NCBI RefSeq assembly: GCF_036321535.1
Contig: NC_087437.1
Span: forward strand, 112,284,001-112,348,000
DNA: 64,000 bases
Reading direction: 5' to 3'
Origin: Camelus dromedarius
Taxonomy: Eukaryota
Under the pieces are notes generated by a model. The model was given only the letters and a program-made list of their open reading frames with translations. It ran no database searches and had not been told where the DNA came from. The translations under genes were made by a program, and so were the position numbers. This document shows, one piece after another, positions 47,801-60,732 of the stretch. How positions within the stretch are numbered: the first letter of the stretch is position 1; every line of letters starts with the position of its first letter.

Positions 47801-50800
47801 GTAATTGGAGAAAACTGCTTGGGTGTCAGTATGTTACTCGTACCGAATGCAGCTTTTCTTCACTCCACTTAAGAAGTGTTTACGAAAATATTAAATTGCG
47901 CATAAGAGCAGAAAAAGGAAACAGCACTTCTCAGTGGCATGAGGTTCCCCCGTTTGTACCATTTAAAAAAGGTAAGAAAAAGCTGCCAGCTGAATTACAT
48001 TGTGTTCTTTATTAAATATTACCAGAACAGCTCACTTCCCAGGCCCGTTTATTTGCATACTATAAAATCTTCCATCTTTAAAAAAAAAAACAAAAAACAA
48101 AGATTCCCTAAAATCTGTATTTCCCTCCTGCTATGGCCACATTTCCCTGCTCTCCCTAGAGTGGTGGTTCTCAAAGTGTGGTCTTCAGGACCCTTTCAGG
48201 AGGTCTCTAAGGTCAAGACTTTTCCTAATAATTCTAAGACTTACTTGCCTTTTTCATTTTCATTCTCTCTTGAGTGCACACTGGCATTTTCTAGAGGCTG
48301 TTTGCTGTGATCTGATGACTGACTGAATGCAAAAGTAGGTATGAGACACATCCGTCTTTATTAAGCCAGACATTAAAGGGACTTGAACAAAATGTTCAAA
48401 CAGCACCAGTCTTCTCACTAAATTTTTTGGTTTGTTTTAGCAAATGTAGTCATTTTTATATCACAAATATTTTTTATCATGTAATAGGTTTATCATTACT
48501 ATTTTTTAATGAGTTAATAAATATTTTAATTTTTTATCAGTGTCAATGTTTAATATGCTAGATATTCAGAGACATAGCCCATATAAAAAGCTCTTCCGGA
48601 CCCTCAGTTTCTCTAAGGGATCTTGAAACTAAAAAGTCTGAGAACCACCGCCCTATACCGAAACACACAGAACAGTGATCTGTACCCCTCTCTGTACTCT
48701 TTCTCCCCCTCCCTCTTCCACCTTCTGCTTCAAGCTTCGTTCCCCATCACTGCACTGAAACCACTCTTGCCAGGGTCACTGAGACCTCCACAGTGCCAGG
48801 TGGATTCCCAGTCCTCTTCAGGCCCAGTCCCTCTGTGGCATGGGTGTGATTACCACTCCCTTCCTCTTGAAACCCTGCTCTCTAGGGCACTGTGCTTTCC
48901 TGGCTCTCCTCTTGCTCCTTGGTTGTTCCTTTGCCTGTTTCTTCTCGTCCTCCAGACCTTTAAATGTTGGGAAGCTGCAGGGCTCAGCCATGGAACTTCT
49001 CTCTACCCGCCCTCCCCTGGGAATCGTATAGCTCTCAATACTGTCTGTCCTCTGGACTCCCCACAATTGTATCTCCAGGCCCCTCCCTTCCCCTTACTTT
49101 GACTTGTATCACCAGCTCTCCTCAGCCTCTCTGCTTAGAGGTCTAAAAGTCAGCTCATATTTAAAAGAGCCAAGCAGAGCTCTTGATTTTCCCCCTCCGC
49201 CCTGCTCTTCTTGCAGTGTTTTCCATCTCTGTTAATGACATCACCTACTTATTCGCTCTGGCCGAGAGCCCTGGTGTCACCTTTGACATCGCTTCCTCAC
49301 ATCCCCCATCCAGTCCATCAGCAAGTCCCGAATGATCAGCCTTCAGAGTAGAACTTGCATTGGGTCCCTTCTCACTTCCACCCCAACTCCCAGCCTTCGC
49401 CAAGCCACTTCCATTTGTCATAGACCTGCGGTAGCTTCCCCGCTTCTGCACACATTAACCCAGGTGGTCCTTCCAAAAAGTGAATCAAATCTCGGCACTC
49501 CTCCAATCGCATCTTCCAGTGCATCACGGACTCAAAGTCCTTCCCGTTGGCTGGGTTCCAGCTACCTCTGAGCTCATTTTCAACCACTCGGCCATTCGAG
49601 CGCCCCCTAGTGTCTCTGGAAAACAGTGAGCCCGTTCCCATCCCAGGGTTTCTGCACTTGGTGCCCCTCAACCTGGGACACTTCTCCCTTAAAGTCGTGA
49701 ATGACTGAGTCCCTCGCTCTGTTCAGGTCTCAGCTCAAACGTCTCAGGGGGCCTTCTCCTCACTAACTTAGCTAAACAGCTCTTGCTACCATTCTCTGTC
49801 CCTTTATGTTAATTCGTTTTTCTTATAGCATGCATGACATACATAATTTGTTTTGAATTTTTTTTTCATGTCCTTCACTTCATGAGGAACTTTCTTTTTT
49901 TCATACGCCAGGCACATAAGTGCTTAGAACTGTATGAATGTTTTGGCTTGTGTTAGTGAAGTTCTATAGTTAATGTTTTGATTTTTACAGCTCAAATTGG
50001 TCCTCCAGACGTACGTTTAAAAGCTGAAGATAAGGCGATAATAGTAAACATCTCTCCTCCTGGAACAAAAGATAGTACCATGTGGGCTATGGATCAATCA
50101 AACTTTCTGTATAGCTTGGTTATCTGGGAAAACTCTTCCAGTCTAGAAGTAAGTGTTACTTTCACTTTTGTTTGATGTGAGAGGGAAAAAAATGATGTGA
50201 ATTGATTCTAAAATTTGACTTTACACTTTTTTAACAAACAGGCTTCTGTTTTTTTAAATTATAGGAAAGGACTGAAAGTGTTTATTCCAGAGATAAAATT
50301 TATAGACTCTCACCAGAGACTACTTATTGTTTAAAAGTGAGAGCAGAACTGCGTTCATCAAGAAAATTCGGTGTCTATAGCCCGGTGTCTTGTATAACTA
50401 CCACAGGTGAGGAGGGAGTTTTGCTTTAGATTCAATAACTATATACATAGATTGGCAATCTATTAATTTTGGCAGTTTTTCCATCGTTGCTGAAGTTTAT
50501 ATGATGGTTTTATAGATATGAAGACAAGCATTCTAACAGCATTTACATAAGCAAAAAGGTGTTTTGGGGGGGTTTTGTCGCAAATTAATAGTGATGAAAA
50601 TATTTTCTAATGACAAAAACTTTTTATTCAGAATCCACAAAAAGGGGAGGGAGTTGCCAGAGAATAGTTAGTCTTCCAAAAAGCATACCTTTAGAGATGA
50701 AATGTTAAAATATGAACGCATACTGATACATTTAATCAGTGACATCTTGCCAACAACTAAGGTTAAGGGAGGGAGCTCGGATTTATTATTTTAATTGTAA

Positions 50801-52319
50801 ATTTAATATGCTTTGTTTTTAAAATCAAACAGTACAGAAAGGCTTAAAGTAAAGATTTCCTCTCCTGCCTTCTTACCCCCAGTTCCATTGATCAGAGGTA
50901 AGCGTTGCCAGTAGTTTGTGCGCAACGTCTCACACTTTTTTCAGGATTTATACAAACGTATTTGCAGAATTGCAGTTGGGGGGAATGTGCCTTTTAAATT
51001 AAGAAATAGGGTCCTGCTAGATTTATTTGAAACTTGCTTGTTTAACCTAATGTAAGGAGGCTCCCTTTTTCATGTTGGTACATACAGATCTGTCACGTTC
51101 TGTTAAATGGCTGCCTAGTATTACTGTGCGTATATATGCACCGTAGCTTATGTAGCTGTTACCTCATAATGAATGAAATGCAAGCCTTTTTATCTTCTTG
51201 TCCAGGCTGTTAAGAATTCTAACCATGTGTTATCTCCCTAGAGTAAATGTGTGTGTTTTTCTGTGTATTCTTTGTCTTGCAGTGGAGCATAAACTGCCTT
51301 CGCCAGAAAATATAGAGATCAGTGCTGAAAATCAGATCTATGTTCTGAAATGGGATTACACATTTGAAAACATGACCGACATGACCTTTCAAGCTCAGTG
51401 GCTCCAGTAAGTTCTATTCCATAAACGCCCCCTTGCAGTTTATTTGGCCCAGTTTATTACGTTTCTTTTCACTCTGCTTCAGCCACCCGCAGCCCCTTGC
51501 ACACATGAGGACTGATGGAGAGGTAGTTAAGACGTACTGGAAATGGGGTGCTTAATTCTAGTCCCAGCTCTGCCGGTAACTGGCTGGATGACATCGAGCT
51601 AATCGCTTACCCTCCTTGGGCCTCAGTTGCTTCATTTGTTGTAAATTGAGTGTTTTCTAATAACGTCTAGTGTTCTTGCTGGCTCTTTTTCTTTTTTTCA
51701 AAGGTGTGATTCTAGTTGCATGTGTTACTTCCTCAGTCTGGAATAATTGGCATGTGACCCCAATCTTTACTTCAGAACCCACTTCCTCCATGGGTCCTTG
51801 AAATGACCTCAGTCCAGTCACTCTGTCTTGTTCAAGTTAGCCCTCCCATCTTCTGGATTATTTTAGAAGTTTTGGCAGATTTTTTAGTGATTACTTTAGT
51901 GGAGAATTAACAAAGTTGGAGAGAACTCTGTAGACTGGGTAGAGACTAACCAAATATGAGTGAAGTCTTGGCACCACGTAGGTGGAAGAGGACGGCATAT
52001 AGTTTATATTGACTGGAAATCGTAGGGGATAACTAGGAAGAAGAGAAGAGGAATGTGGAAGGTGAAGTGCATTATGGGGAGAAAGGGGTGGGAAAGAAAG
52101 AGACACTGAGGGCAGAGGACTAGAAGGACCAAAGGCAAGTACAGGTGAGGCAGGAAGGGAAGAGTGAAAAGAAAGACTAGAAAGAAACAAAAAACGAGGG
52201 GGAAGGGAAGTCGATACTGTGACTGATTTCTCTCCATCCTTTGATGTTAGTTTTGAACTAATAAGTTTGTATAATAAGTGCATTTGTGGGCATCCATGCC
52301 CCTACACATATGTGTGTAC

Positions 52320-52350
<31 letters not shown>

Positions 52351-55300
52351 GACCGATCAGGAAACTGTGCAGGAGGTTTTATGTGTACTTCACTGTCAGA
52401 AGTACATTAAATAATAGGGCCCCAAACTAGACAGGGATAGTGCTTTCTGATGGCTGGTCTCTAAGTTTCTTTTGGGTACTTAGCACACTGTACAAAGCAC
52501 TGAAGGAATTGTAGAGAGACAGCAGAATAAAACACATGGTTGTAGAAATCCGAAGAAGTCAGTGCTGATTCTGCGTAGCAAAATGTCATTTAAGACTGAG
52601 GAGTGGTACCCAAATTATAAGAAGTCAAAAACGGGGTGGGAGGAAGGGTATGGTTCAAGTGGTTGAGCACATACTCTGCATGCAAGAGGCCCAGAGTTCA
52701 ATCCCCAGGACCTCCTCCAAGCAGAAATAAATGAATAAACCTAATTACCTCCCCCTCATAAAACAAGCAATGCATAAAGGTAGAGGGGGCTGGGGAGACC
52801 GAAGGAGCCATTTGGAAGGAGATGCGATGTGAACGAGGCCATGATTGTTGAGTCAGATGTTTTTAAACGGCAAGAGAGGGCATCCAAGGCCGGGCTACAC
52901 ACAAGGTGGAGCTCAGGATGTGGAGAGACCAGAATTAGGTGGGCGTAATGAGGAGGTATTCATTTTCCATTGCTCTCTAACACACTGCCACAAACTTAAC
53001 AGCTTAAAAAACACCATTTATTATCTCTCAGTGACTTGGGGTCAGGAGTCCAAGCATGGCTTAGCTGGGTCCCTCCCAGCACAGGGCTGTGACTGCAGGT
53101 GTCAGTCGGGGCTGCTGTCTCCTGAGCTCATGTGGTGGTTGGCAGAATCCATTCCTTGAAGCTGCAGAAATCATGGTGGCCTGCTTCTTGGAAGCCATCA
53201 GGAGAGAGAATCTCTGTCCTCCAGACCCTCTTTTAAAGGGCTCATTGGATTGGGTCAGGACCCAATAGCCTCTCATTTGATTAACTCAAAGTCATCTGGT
53301 TTGGGGCCTTAATTTCATTTGTGAAATCCCTTCACCTTTGCCAAATAGTGTAACCTTTTCAAGAACTCATGGGTTCTGCCCACACTGAGGGGACAGGCAT
53401 TTTGTCAGTCTTGTGTCCCAGAGATAGGAATCTTGGAGGCCATCTTGGAATTTTGCCTACAAAGGAGGAAGACCTGCTTTGAGAGCAGCAAAATATTTGG
53501 GCGTGGAAGAGCAACGAGAGAGAAAGTCGAATAGCAGGACAGAATAAATTAGGCTTAGCCTCAGACTATCCTATAGGCAGGTGGGTGCCATTGGGAGTTT
53601 TGTGTGGAGGGGTGGGTGCCATGAGGCCTGTATTCGGGGAAGGTGAAGGTATGTGGTGTGTGTGGTGCAGTGGACTAAGGAGACACCGAGGACAAGGAAG
53701 CCAGTCAGGAGGCTGTTGTAGATCCAGGCTGGAACTGAGATGCTTTGAGCTGTTGGTTCTGAGCAGCTTCCTTAACCTCTTCAGGCTCAGTCATCTTCTG
53801 TGTAGACTTGGCTCTTATAACACTGTGGTCTGTATGTCTATTACAGCACTTACCCACTGGGGTGCTGGGACCCGTTGAGCAGCTGGCTTACCAGAAGGGA
53901 GGAGCCTTATTTGTAGTGTTTGCCAGTTTTCATAATATGAATACTCCCACCATGGTCACTTTCAACTGCCAACCACCATGTCACTGAACACGGAGTTGGG
54001 AAGACACCCAGTAAGCACTCCATCAATGGTGTTTTTTTGCCGTGTAGACACAGTAGACATAAATAGCCTTGCGCACAGATAATAAAGCAGTAAAATAATG
54101 AGGACAAGGTGAGATTTGAGTATTTATTACTTTTCAATACAATGTACTTATTTGTAAGTTTCTGTAACTTAATTTTTTGTAATGGCCGTATTTAACAACT
54201 AGCCACCAATATTCCTGAAAATTTAGCAGTGGATTTTGTGAGCGGGTACGAGCCAGCTCTCGCACACCACCAGTTCATCACACTCTGGAGCTTTTGTGAA
54301 TGTCTCTTCCACCGTATTGAGTTTCCTGATGAGGGGGAGGACTATTTCTGTCCCTTAGCCCCTAACAGAGTGTCTAGCGTACTATAGGTACTCAGTAAAT
54401 GTTTACTGAATTAATGTGTTCGGAATTTTTAAAAAAAGTTTTTTTGTCTTAAAAGTGCCTTTTTAAAAAAGATTCCTGGGGACCATTCAGACAAATGGAA
54501 ACAAATACCAAACTGTGAAAATGTCAGAACAACCCGTTGCGTCTTTCCTCAAAGTGTTTTCTCAAAAGGAATTTACTCCATCCGTGTACGAGCAGCGGAT
54601 GGAAATACTACATCTCTGTGGTCTGAAGAGAAAAAATTTAATACCGAAATGCAAAGTAAGCCAGTAGTTTTTACTTTTACATTCTAATTCTCCAATTTGG
54701 CGCAAATTCTTAGGATTATTTTTTAATCGGATTTGAACTGTGTATCTTTACACATTTCTTCTAGCTGTCATATTTCCTCCAGTCATTCACGTGAAACTCA
54801 TTGGTGAGGACTCACTGCGCGTCTCCATCGGGGCTCCAGAAGAGTCTGAAAACAAGTCTGGGTACCAGCTTTACCCGCTAATTTATGAAGTTGTTTTTCG
54901 GGAAAACACTTCAAATGCTGAGGTAAAAAGACTGCAATAAAAGTTTGTAATTTAGAGTTCTAACTGTGATTTGGGTAAACAAAGCTAGAAGTTAAAATTG
55001 TAGGGAAATTTTTAAACTTGCAAGACAATGTGATTAACTCAGATATTTACCATAGAAGTGAGCGTTTTTCTGAGTTTCACGTGATAGTTATGATTACCTG
55101 CATCTGGGCCCAAGTTAGTTTTTAAAATTCAGATCCTGAGCTCGTTCCTACTCAGAATCTCTGGGAATAGAGCTCAGTAATTTGTACTTGTAGCATGATT
55201 CCCATGGATTCATGAACCAGGGTTTCTCAACACTGTTGACATTTGGGTTGGATGAGTCTTTGTTGCGGGAGCTGCCCTGTGCATTACAGAATGCTTAGCA

Positions 55301-58300
55301 ACACCTCTGGCTCACCCACTGGGTGCCAGTAGCCCTCACTCCCAGTTGTGACAGACAAAAATACCTCCAGATAGTGGGGAACCACTGAGAGGGCAACAAT
55401 TGGCTTTTGGGGAGCAAAAGTATCTTAGCTGTTACAGTGGTTGACCTTCCAGGAGGAAAACGTGCCTCCCAAGTTCAACTTTGCCCAACAAAATCTTACT
55501 CCTCAGTATTCAACTTTGTAAAGGGGGAGGGATTAGGAAAACAAACGTCTAAAAAGGCTCCTTAGGGGAGTAGTCATGACAAAAAGGTTGAGAAGAGCTA
55601 GTTTAAACACTAAAATTCAAAAAACACTGACAGAGCTAATATACAGCATCAGATAATCCACGTTATTCCTAGATTACTTTTCTCTGTGGAATTACTAATC
55701 GAGGAATCAACTTTGAAAAATCTTGTGCAGTTGAGTTGGTAAATTCTGTAACTTCATTTTCTGTTGGAAATCTAAGAAAATTCCGGTGACCTGGCTGCTT
55801 TCATTTTATCTGAACGCACTGTGACCATAGCATAATTTAGCCCTAATGAGTATTACGGACAGTTCTCTGTTGTCCCTAGGTAAGAAAAACCTAAATTTGT
55901 GTCTCACACTGCCAAATCATGTGACCTTAGGCAAAGGTACTTGACCTTTGAGACTTTGTTTCCTCTTCTGTAAAGTGCTGGTGGTCATAGCAACTTAATT
56001 TTTTTGAAAGGATGTTTATAAGGTTTAAAATGAGGCAGTATATATGAAAATACCTACCACATTGCTTGACAAACAGTAGAGATTCAGTAACTTCTAGTTG
56101 CCATCCCGTCCTATGCTGGGTAGTGCATCAATAATTACAATGGTAATAACAACTCAAAGTTTATTGAATAAGTATTTTATATGAATTGTCTCAGTCATTC
56201 ATCAAAACAACCCTGCCAGTTTGGCTGATTAAATTACCATTCAGCAAATCCTTGGGATGGAGTATTCGTGACTGCTTCACTGATGCTGGGCTGTAGACAA
56301 TGGAACATGAGTGGACGTGGTGTGAGCAGAGGCCTTAAGTGCATGGTTTGGCTTAGCTCTTGTGCCTCTCCTGTTTGCCAAGCGGAAGGCAAGCTTCATG
56401 TGGTGTCTGGGCCACGGTGCATGAGAGACTTGTGGAGCAGACCTAAGTCTGGTCCACAGCCTCAGTTAGAGCTCTCCCAGACAGTGGGGACACTCACAGG
56501 GAGAAGAATTAATAGGTTTGGAGCCACAGACTGTTTTGTTACACGGCATTATTTTGTTGTACTTGTAATATCTTGTTACACAACATCATTGTGACAATAG
56601 CTGACTAATACAGGTGGGAGTAATAATTTGTCCTCATTTTATAGATCTGGAAATAGGGCCCAGAGAAAGTAAAAAACTTGCCTAAGGCCACATAGCTGAA
56701 AGGGATATCTTGATACAGGGGGTTTGAGGCCAGAACTCCTGCTCTTAATCATTCTGCCACTAAGCAGAGGTCATACAATGGCAATGAAGCCAAATCAGCA
56801 TGTACTTATAAAAAGTTTTGAGTTGTCTTAGGAATACATCATATTATTTTTTTGGCAGCAGCAGTTTTAACTTTTGAGTTTGGTTATAAGGTGTTGTCCA
56901 AAACAGATATTTCTTAAACATACACCAACTAAGTGTTTGGGACAGGCCGATCTTAGATTGAATATTTAAGGAATTCAGAAAATAGATATTCCCTGTATGA
57001 TTCCACAGAGAACTGCATTTTATCAATGATTTACTTATTTTTTATAGAGAAGAGTTCTAGAGAAGAGAACTGATTTTACTTTTCCTAACTTGAAACCGCT
57101 GACGGTATATTGTGTCAAAGCCAGAGCACTGGTTGAGAGCAACAGGTGGAACAAAAGCAGTGTTTTCAGTGACACTGTGTGCGAGGAAACCAAACCAGGT
57201 CAGGATCTTTTACTGTATCTTTCCTTCTTTAATGCCATAAGACTTAAAAATAATCAATCCATTGGAAATCGTAAAGTAATTTCCTTTTTACTGCAAAGCT
57301 ATAGAGAGAGACTGTTTTCTCAGACTGTGTGAGTCAAAAGTAGACCTTCAAGCTGAGTCTTTCAGTTTTAGAAAATATTTTTAATACTCAACCGTGTTGT
57401 GTTTTTTGTATCCTTTGTGTTTCGTGCATAGCTGCATAATTATTTTCCTTTTATGATTACTCTTAGCATTTAATGAGACTATTTTTATTGTTAAATGTAA
57501 TCATTGATGTAATTATCACTTGGGAATCACTCAGTTAGTTCAGCTGCAAATTTTTTTATGTGAGAATGGTATAGTCCCGTTTTGGATTTTACAGTGTCTG
57601 GTGTTGACTTGTAGACGCTGAGTCACAGAATATTTTGGATTGTGTGTGCTGGCTGTGTGTCACAGAAGAGGTGCTGGAGAATACTTCATGTGGTTGGAGC
57701 TCCGTGTCATAGTGTTTCCTTCGCTGAGGGTCTCTTATTTCAGTTCCCTGGCCACTCTTTACATGTCAGGGCGGTTACCTGCAGCTGCTCAGTGCTACCA
57801 GCAACATTTCTAAGGGTACTATTTAATAGATTTTGTATTTCCTTTCACATGGCTGTATTTCTTTCACATAGACTGTCAGCACTATTAATGTATTGTGTGT
57901 CAAAACCTATACTGATGCTAAACACCATTTATTTGTTTTTAGGAAATACTTCCAAAGCCTGGCTCATAGCTGGAATTTGCACTGCAGTGTTTTCTATCGT
58001 CGTTGTCATTTACGTTGTGAAAGCCCTCTTGAGATGCGTCAGTTATGTGTTCTTCCCGTCAAGTAAACCTCCTTCCACTATAGATGAGGTATGTTGCTTT
58101 TCTTTGTCAACAGATTAGCTGGATTTTTCTTTACAAGAACAGGAAATATATTTGATTTTGACAGACTATAAATGTTTTCTTGATATTCAAAAAATAATAC
58201 AGACTAGGGTTTTTTTCTTCAGAGTTTCACAAAATTAACTTTAGAAAGTCATTTAATAGGATATAAACGGAATAGTAAGATGTGTCCTCACGCCCATGTT

Positions 58301-59534
58301 GTATCTGGCAGCTTGCTTGCTGTGGCATTTCTTTTAATCATTGAAAGCCTTTTTTCACAGAAAGATTCAAACACTGTCATCAGTGCAGAAACTATTCTGG
58401 ACAAAAATCACAGAAAAGGAAATAACAAAACATGGGTTTCCTCTCACAGTGCCTCAATGTTTCGGCTGGCGCTCGTGTGAGGCTGGCACAGTCAGTGACA
58501 GCCCTGACTGGTGGAGACCAGGGCCCAGAAATCTCCCTGGGGGTGCGTTCACTTGTGTGGGTTCCACTTACCTGCCTTGTTTTGGGTTCCCCTGGGCTTT
58601 GGAGCTCCAGACAGGAAGGTGGATGGTTGATGAGCTGTAGTGTGTTTGCACTTCCTGGCTCCATGAACTTGAGCACATCTCCTGTGCAAACTTGAGCACG
58701 TGCCCTTAGCTGTAGAACAGAGGAGCTGACCCCACCTTCCAGTGGAGTTTTGAGGGCACAGGAGGTAAACCAGAAAGGCCTAGCCTTACAGTGCTCTGTA
58801 AATATGAACTGTTTTACTCTTTTATGTCTGACTTCTTTAATATCATTTTATCTACCCTTCTGTTATGCAAAGAACTTAAAACTAGCTAATTATTCTTAAT
58901 GGGACAGGGAAAATTAATTTATCTCTTGTGCTTCTTCTGGACATTTATGGATTGGATACAAAATTTTTTATCATTTCAAAATAAAATGTCCCCAATCCCA
59001 GTGCTCTCCCTTCCCTTCCTCACCCCTCCTCTTCCACCCCCGCCCCTGATAGCACAGTGCTCTTCACATAATTACCAAAAACGTAATATTAAGATGGATG
59101 TGAACTCCCTAAGGATGGTTTTATTCTAAACACTATAGTACAGTCAGTTTGCTCTTAGCTCGCTTTTTAATATGCATGCCAAAAAAATAGGCCTCCTAGA
59201 TTGTAGATGTAAGAACCTGAAGCTCGTTAGAACTAGAAGACTGACTTTTGTTATTTTAAATAATCTTGTTTATATGTTTGCCCTTTTAAATTAGTGTTTC
59301 TCTGAAAAGCCACTGAGGAACCTCCTCCTTTCCACTTCTGAGGAACAAACAGAAAGATGTTTTATAATTGAAAATACAAGCACTGTTACTACAATAGAAG
59401 AGACTGATCAAATTGGTGAAGATTACAAAAAATACAGTTCCCAAACTAGTCGAGATTCAGGAAACTATTCTAATGAAGATGAAAACAGTGGAAGTAAAAT
59501 AAGTGAAGGACTTCTCCAAGAGGAACCTGTGTGA
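38602..59534 (+). CDS. IFNAR1: Interferon alpha/beta receptor 1, complete 11-exon gene model (1698 nt spliced CDS, 565 aa)
   Basis: Exon lengths 73+124+182+158+142+124+200+158+151+146+240 join in frame with GT-AG introns. Encodes a signal peptide, four FNIII subdomains, a TM helix, and a tail with YVFF and DSGNYS. Confidence 0.97.
39404..39849 (-). mobile_element. Probable LTR in IFNAR1 intron 1
   Basis: TGT...ACA ends and LTR-like composition. No TSD found and family not identified. Confidence 0.4.
40338..40495 (-). mobile_element. tRNA-derived SINE (Vic-1-like); another copy at ~40700-40795
   Basis: Same SINE core, flanked by direct repeat ACAATTTAGTTCTT. Confidence 0.78.
41972..42720 (-). 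mobile_element. L1-derived element: ~380 nt of 5' UTR joined directly to the last ~365 nt of the 3' end
   Basis: 42341-42720 resembles the reverse complement of the L1 5' UTR at 10510-10880. 41972-42340 is an L1 3' end. Both are on the same strand with no gap. Confidence 0.7.
43934..44057 (+). CDS. IFNAR1: IFNAR1 exon 2
   Basis: [27 protein letters not shown]...NVTFSAEYQ; acceptor TTTACAG, donor GTACGT. Confidence 0.93.
44802..45016. mobile_element. Tigger-family MITE (MER8-like)
   Basis: Terminal inverted repeats CAGTTGATCCTTGAACAA ... TTGTTCACAGGTCAACTA. Confidence 0.7.
45437..45484. repeat. 22 bp exact tandem duplication
   Basis: GCAGTTAGCGTGGTGTAGTGTG twice, followed by GCAG. Confidence 0.9.
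47790..47971 (+). CDS. IFNAR1: IFNAR1 exon 3
   Basis: [24 protein letters not shown]...KLRIRAEK...FVPFKK; acceptor TTTTAAAG, donor GTAAGA. Confidence 0.93.
49991..50148 (+). CDS. IFNAR1: IFNAR1 exon 4
   Basis: [35 protein letters not shown]...IWENSSSLE; donor GTAAGT. Confidence 0.95.
50265..50406 (+). CDS. IFNAR1: IFNAR1 exon 5
   Basis: [29 protein letters not shown]...[10 protein letters not shown]; donor GTGAGG. Confidence 0.95.
51283..51406 (+). CDS. IFNAR1: IFNAR1 exon 6
   Basis: [41 protein letters not shown]; acceptor TTGCAG, donor GTAAGT. Confidence 0.95.
52635..52770 (+). mobile_element. tRNA-derived SINE (Vic-1-like)
   Basis: GGGTATGGTTCAAGTGGTTGAGCAC...GTTCAATCCCCAG, with A/B-box-like motifs. 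Confidence 0.7.
54456..54655 (+). CDS. IFNAR1: IFNAR1 exon 7
   Basis: [32 protein letters not shown]...[12 protein letters not shown]; donor GTAAGC. Confidence 0.95.
54765..54922 (+). CDS. IFNAR1: IFNAR1 exon 8
   Basis: [24 protein letters not shown]...[17 protein letters not shown]; donor GTAAAA. Confidence 0.95.
57048..57198 (+). CDS. IFNAR1: IFNAR1 exon 9
   Basis: [27 protein letters not shown]...[14 protein letters not shown]; donor GTCAGG. Confidence 0.95.
57943..58088 (+). CDS. IFNAR1: IFNAR1 exon 10 (transmembrane and juxtamembrane)
   Basis: [49 protein letters not shown]; donor GTATGT. Confidence 0.96.
59295..59534 (+). CDS. IFNAR1: IFNAR1 exon 11 coding part (TYK2-binding region, degron)
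   Basis: [27 protein letters not shown]...[20 protein letters not shown]...EEPV, stop at 59532-59534. Confidence 0.96.
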   Translation, partial: CFSEKPLRNLLLSTSEEQTERCFIIENTSTVTTIEETDQIGEDYKKYSSQTSRDSGNYSNEDENSGSKISEGLLQEEPV

Positions 59535-60623
59535 CCGGAAATGAACTCTAAAATATTAGGGAGTCTAGTGGGAGTTGTAGTGGGAGCCAAGCTCCGAGCT
59601 CCTCTCAGTAACCATCAAGAGACTATGTGCTTGTGGGGGAAGAGAAAATCATCTTCCGATCATAGGTCCTAAAAATACAGGAAAGCACTTAACTACTTAA
59701 AATGAATTTGGAGAAGAGTTTCCTACCGTCTTTTCCTGTGTAAAGTCTTGAGAGACCTGTCATTGGACCTGCCTGGGATGAAATGAGTTAAACCCAGAAG
59801 CTGCCCCTGTCCTCCGGATGACATCTGAAGTCCCCGTGCTGTTTTGTGGGTAAGGGCAGGGTTTAGGGTTTGTGTTCTCATCGGCTAATTCTCTCACAGT
59901 GTTTTTCAGGGGTTATTTAGAACCTTGGGTCTTTTCTTTGGACACTGAAGTGTAGGCCCTTTGGAAATGTCTTTACAAAAGCCTGAATACCGCTATCACT
60001 TGGTTTCCTGAGAAGTTGCTTATTCTGAAAAACAGCTGCAGATACCAGAAGCATGATCCTTCCAACTTTGTCAGGGGAATTCTCTCCGTTTATCCCAAGA
60101 ACATTAGCTTCTACATCACAGTTATCTATCCCTTATACCGTTTAGGATTAAAACCAGATAGTATTTTTAAAAAATTAAAAATTTAAAAAAAAACAGTCTT
60201 TTACTATGTGTACATTAAAGACTTCTCGATTCAGGACATTAGCACAATTGCTTCTGATTAGAATGTATAATTACTAAAATTACAGAGAAATGGGAAACTC
60301 ATTAGAGAAGTTACTGATCCCTTTTAAGATATGGAGTATGTGACATAAGTCACAGTGTATGCAAGAGGCCTGGGGGCCAGAAAAGACTGGCAGACTAGAC
60401 AGAGTGAGAAGCAGAGTAAATCAGGAAGAAAGAAGCAAGCGACTTGTATAATTAGAACAATGTCGTGTCTAATCAACTTTTGACCATCAGCGTACTGTGG
60501 GGCGGTTTGTGTTTATGGCTTACGTGTATCATTTCTAACCCCAGGCCAGCTTCTCCACACTGTCTGACGCTATTCAGGTATCCCTTCTGCTCAGCCCACG
60601 TGCACTCAAGAGAAAGCAAGTTA

Positions 60624-60732
60624 GGGGGAGGATATATATAGCTCAGTGGTAGAGTGCATGCTTAGCGTGCACGAGGTCCTGGGCTCAATCCCCAGTCCCT
60701 CCATTAAAAAAAAAGAAAAGAAAAGAAAAGAA
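60624..60732 (+). mobile_element. tRNA-derived SINE (Vic-1-like) in the probable IFNAR1 3' UTR
   Basis: TAGCTCAGTGGTAGAGTGCATGCTTAGC...GGGCTCAATCCCCAG, an A-rich tail, and TSD AAAGCAAGTTA (60613-60623 and 60733-60743). Confidence 0.85.

Noticed and set aside
60624..60700. tRNA-like sequence as a tRNA gene
   Set aside because: It has an A-rich tail, a TSD and several diverged copies in the window, so it is a SINE head.
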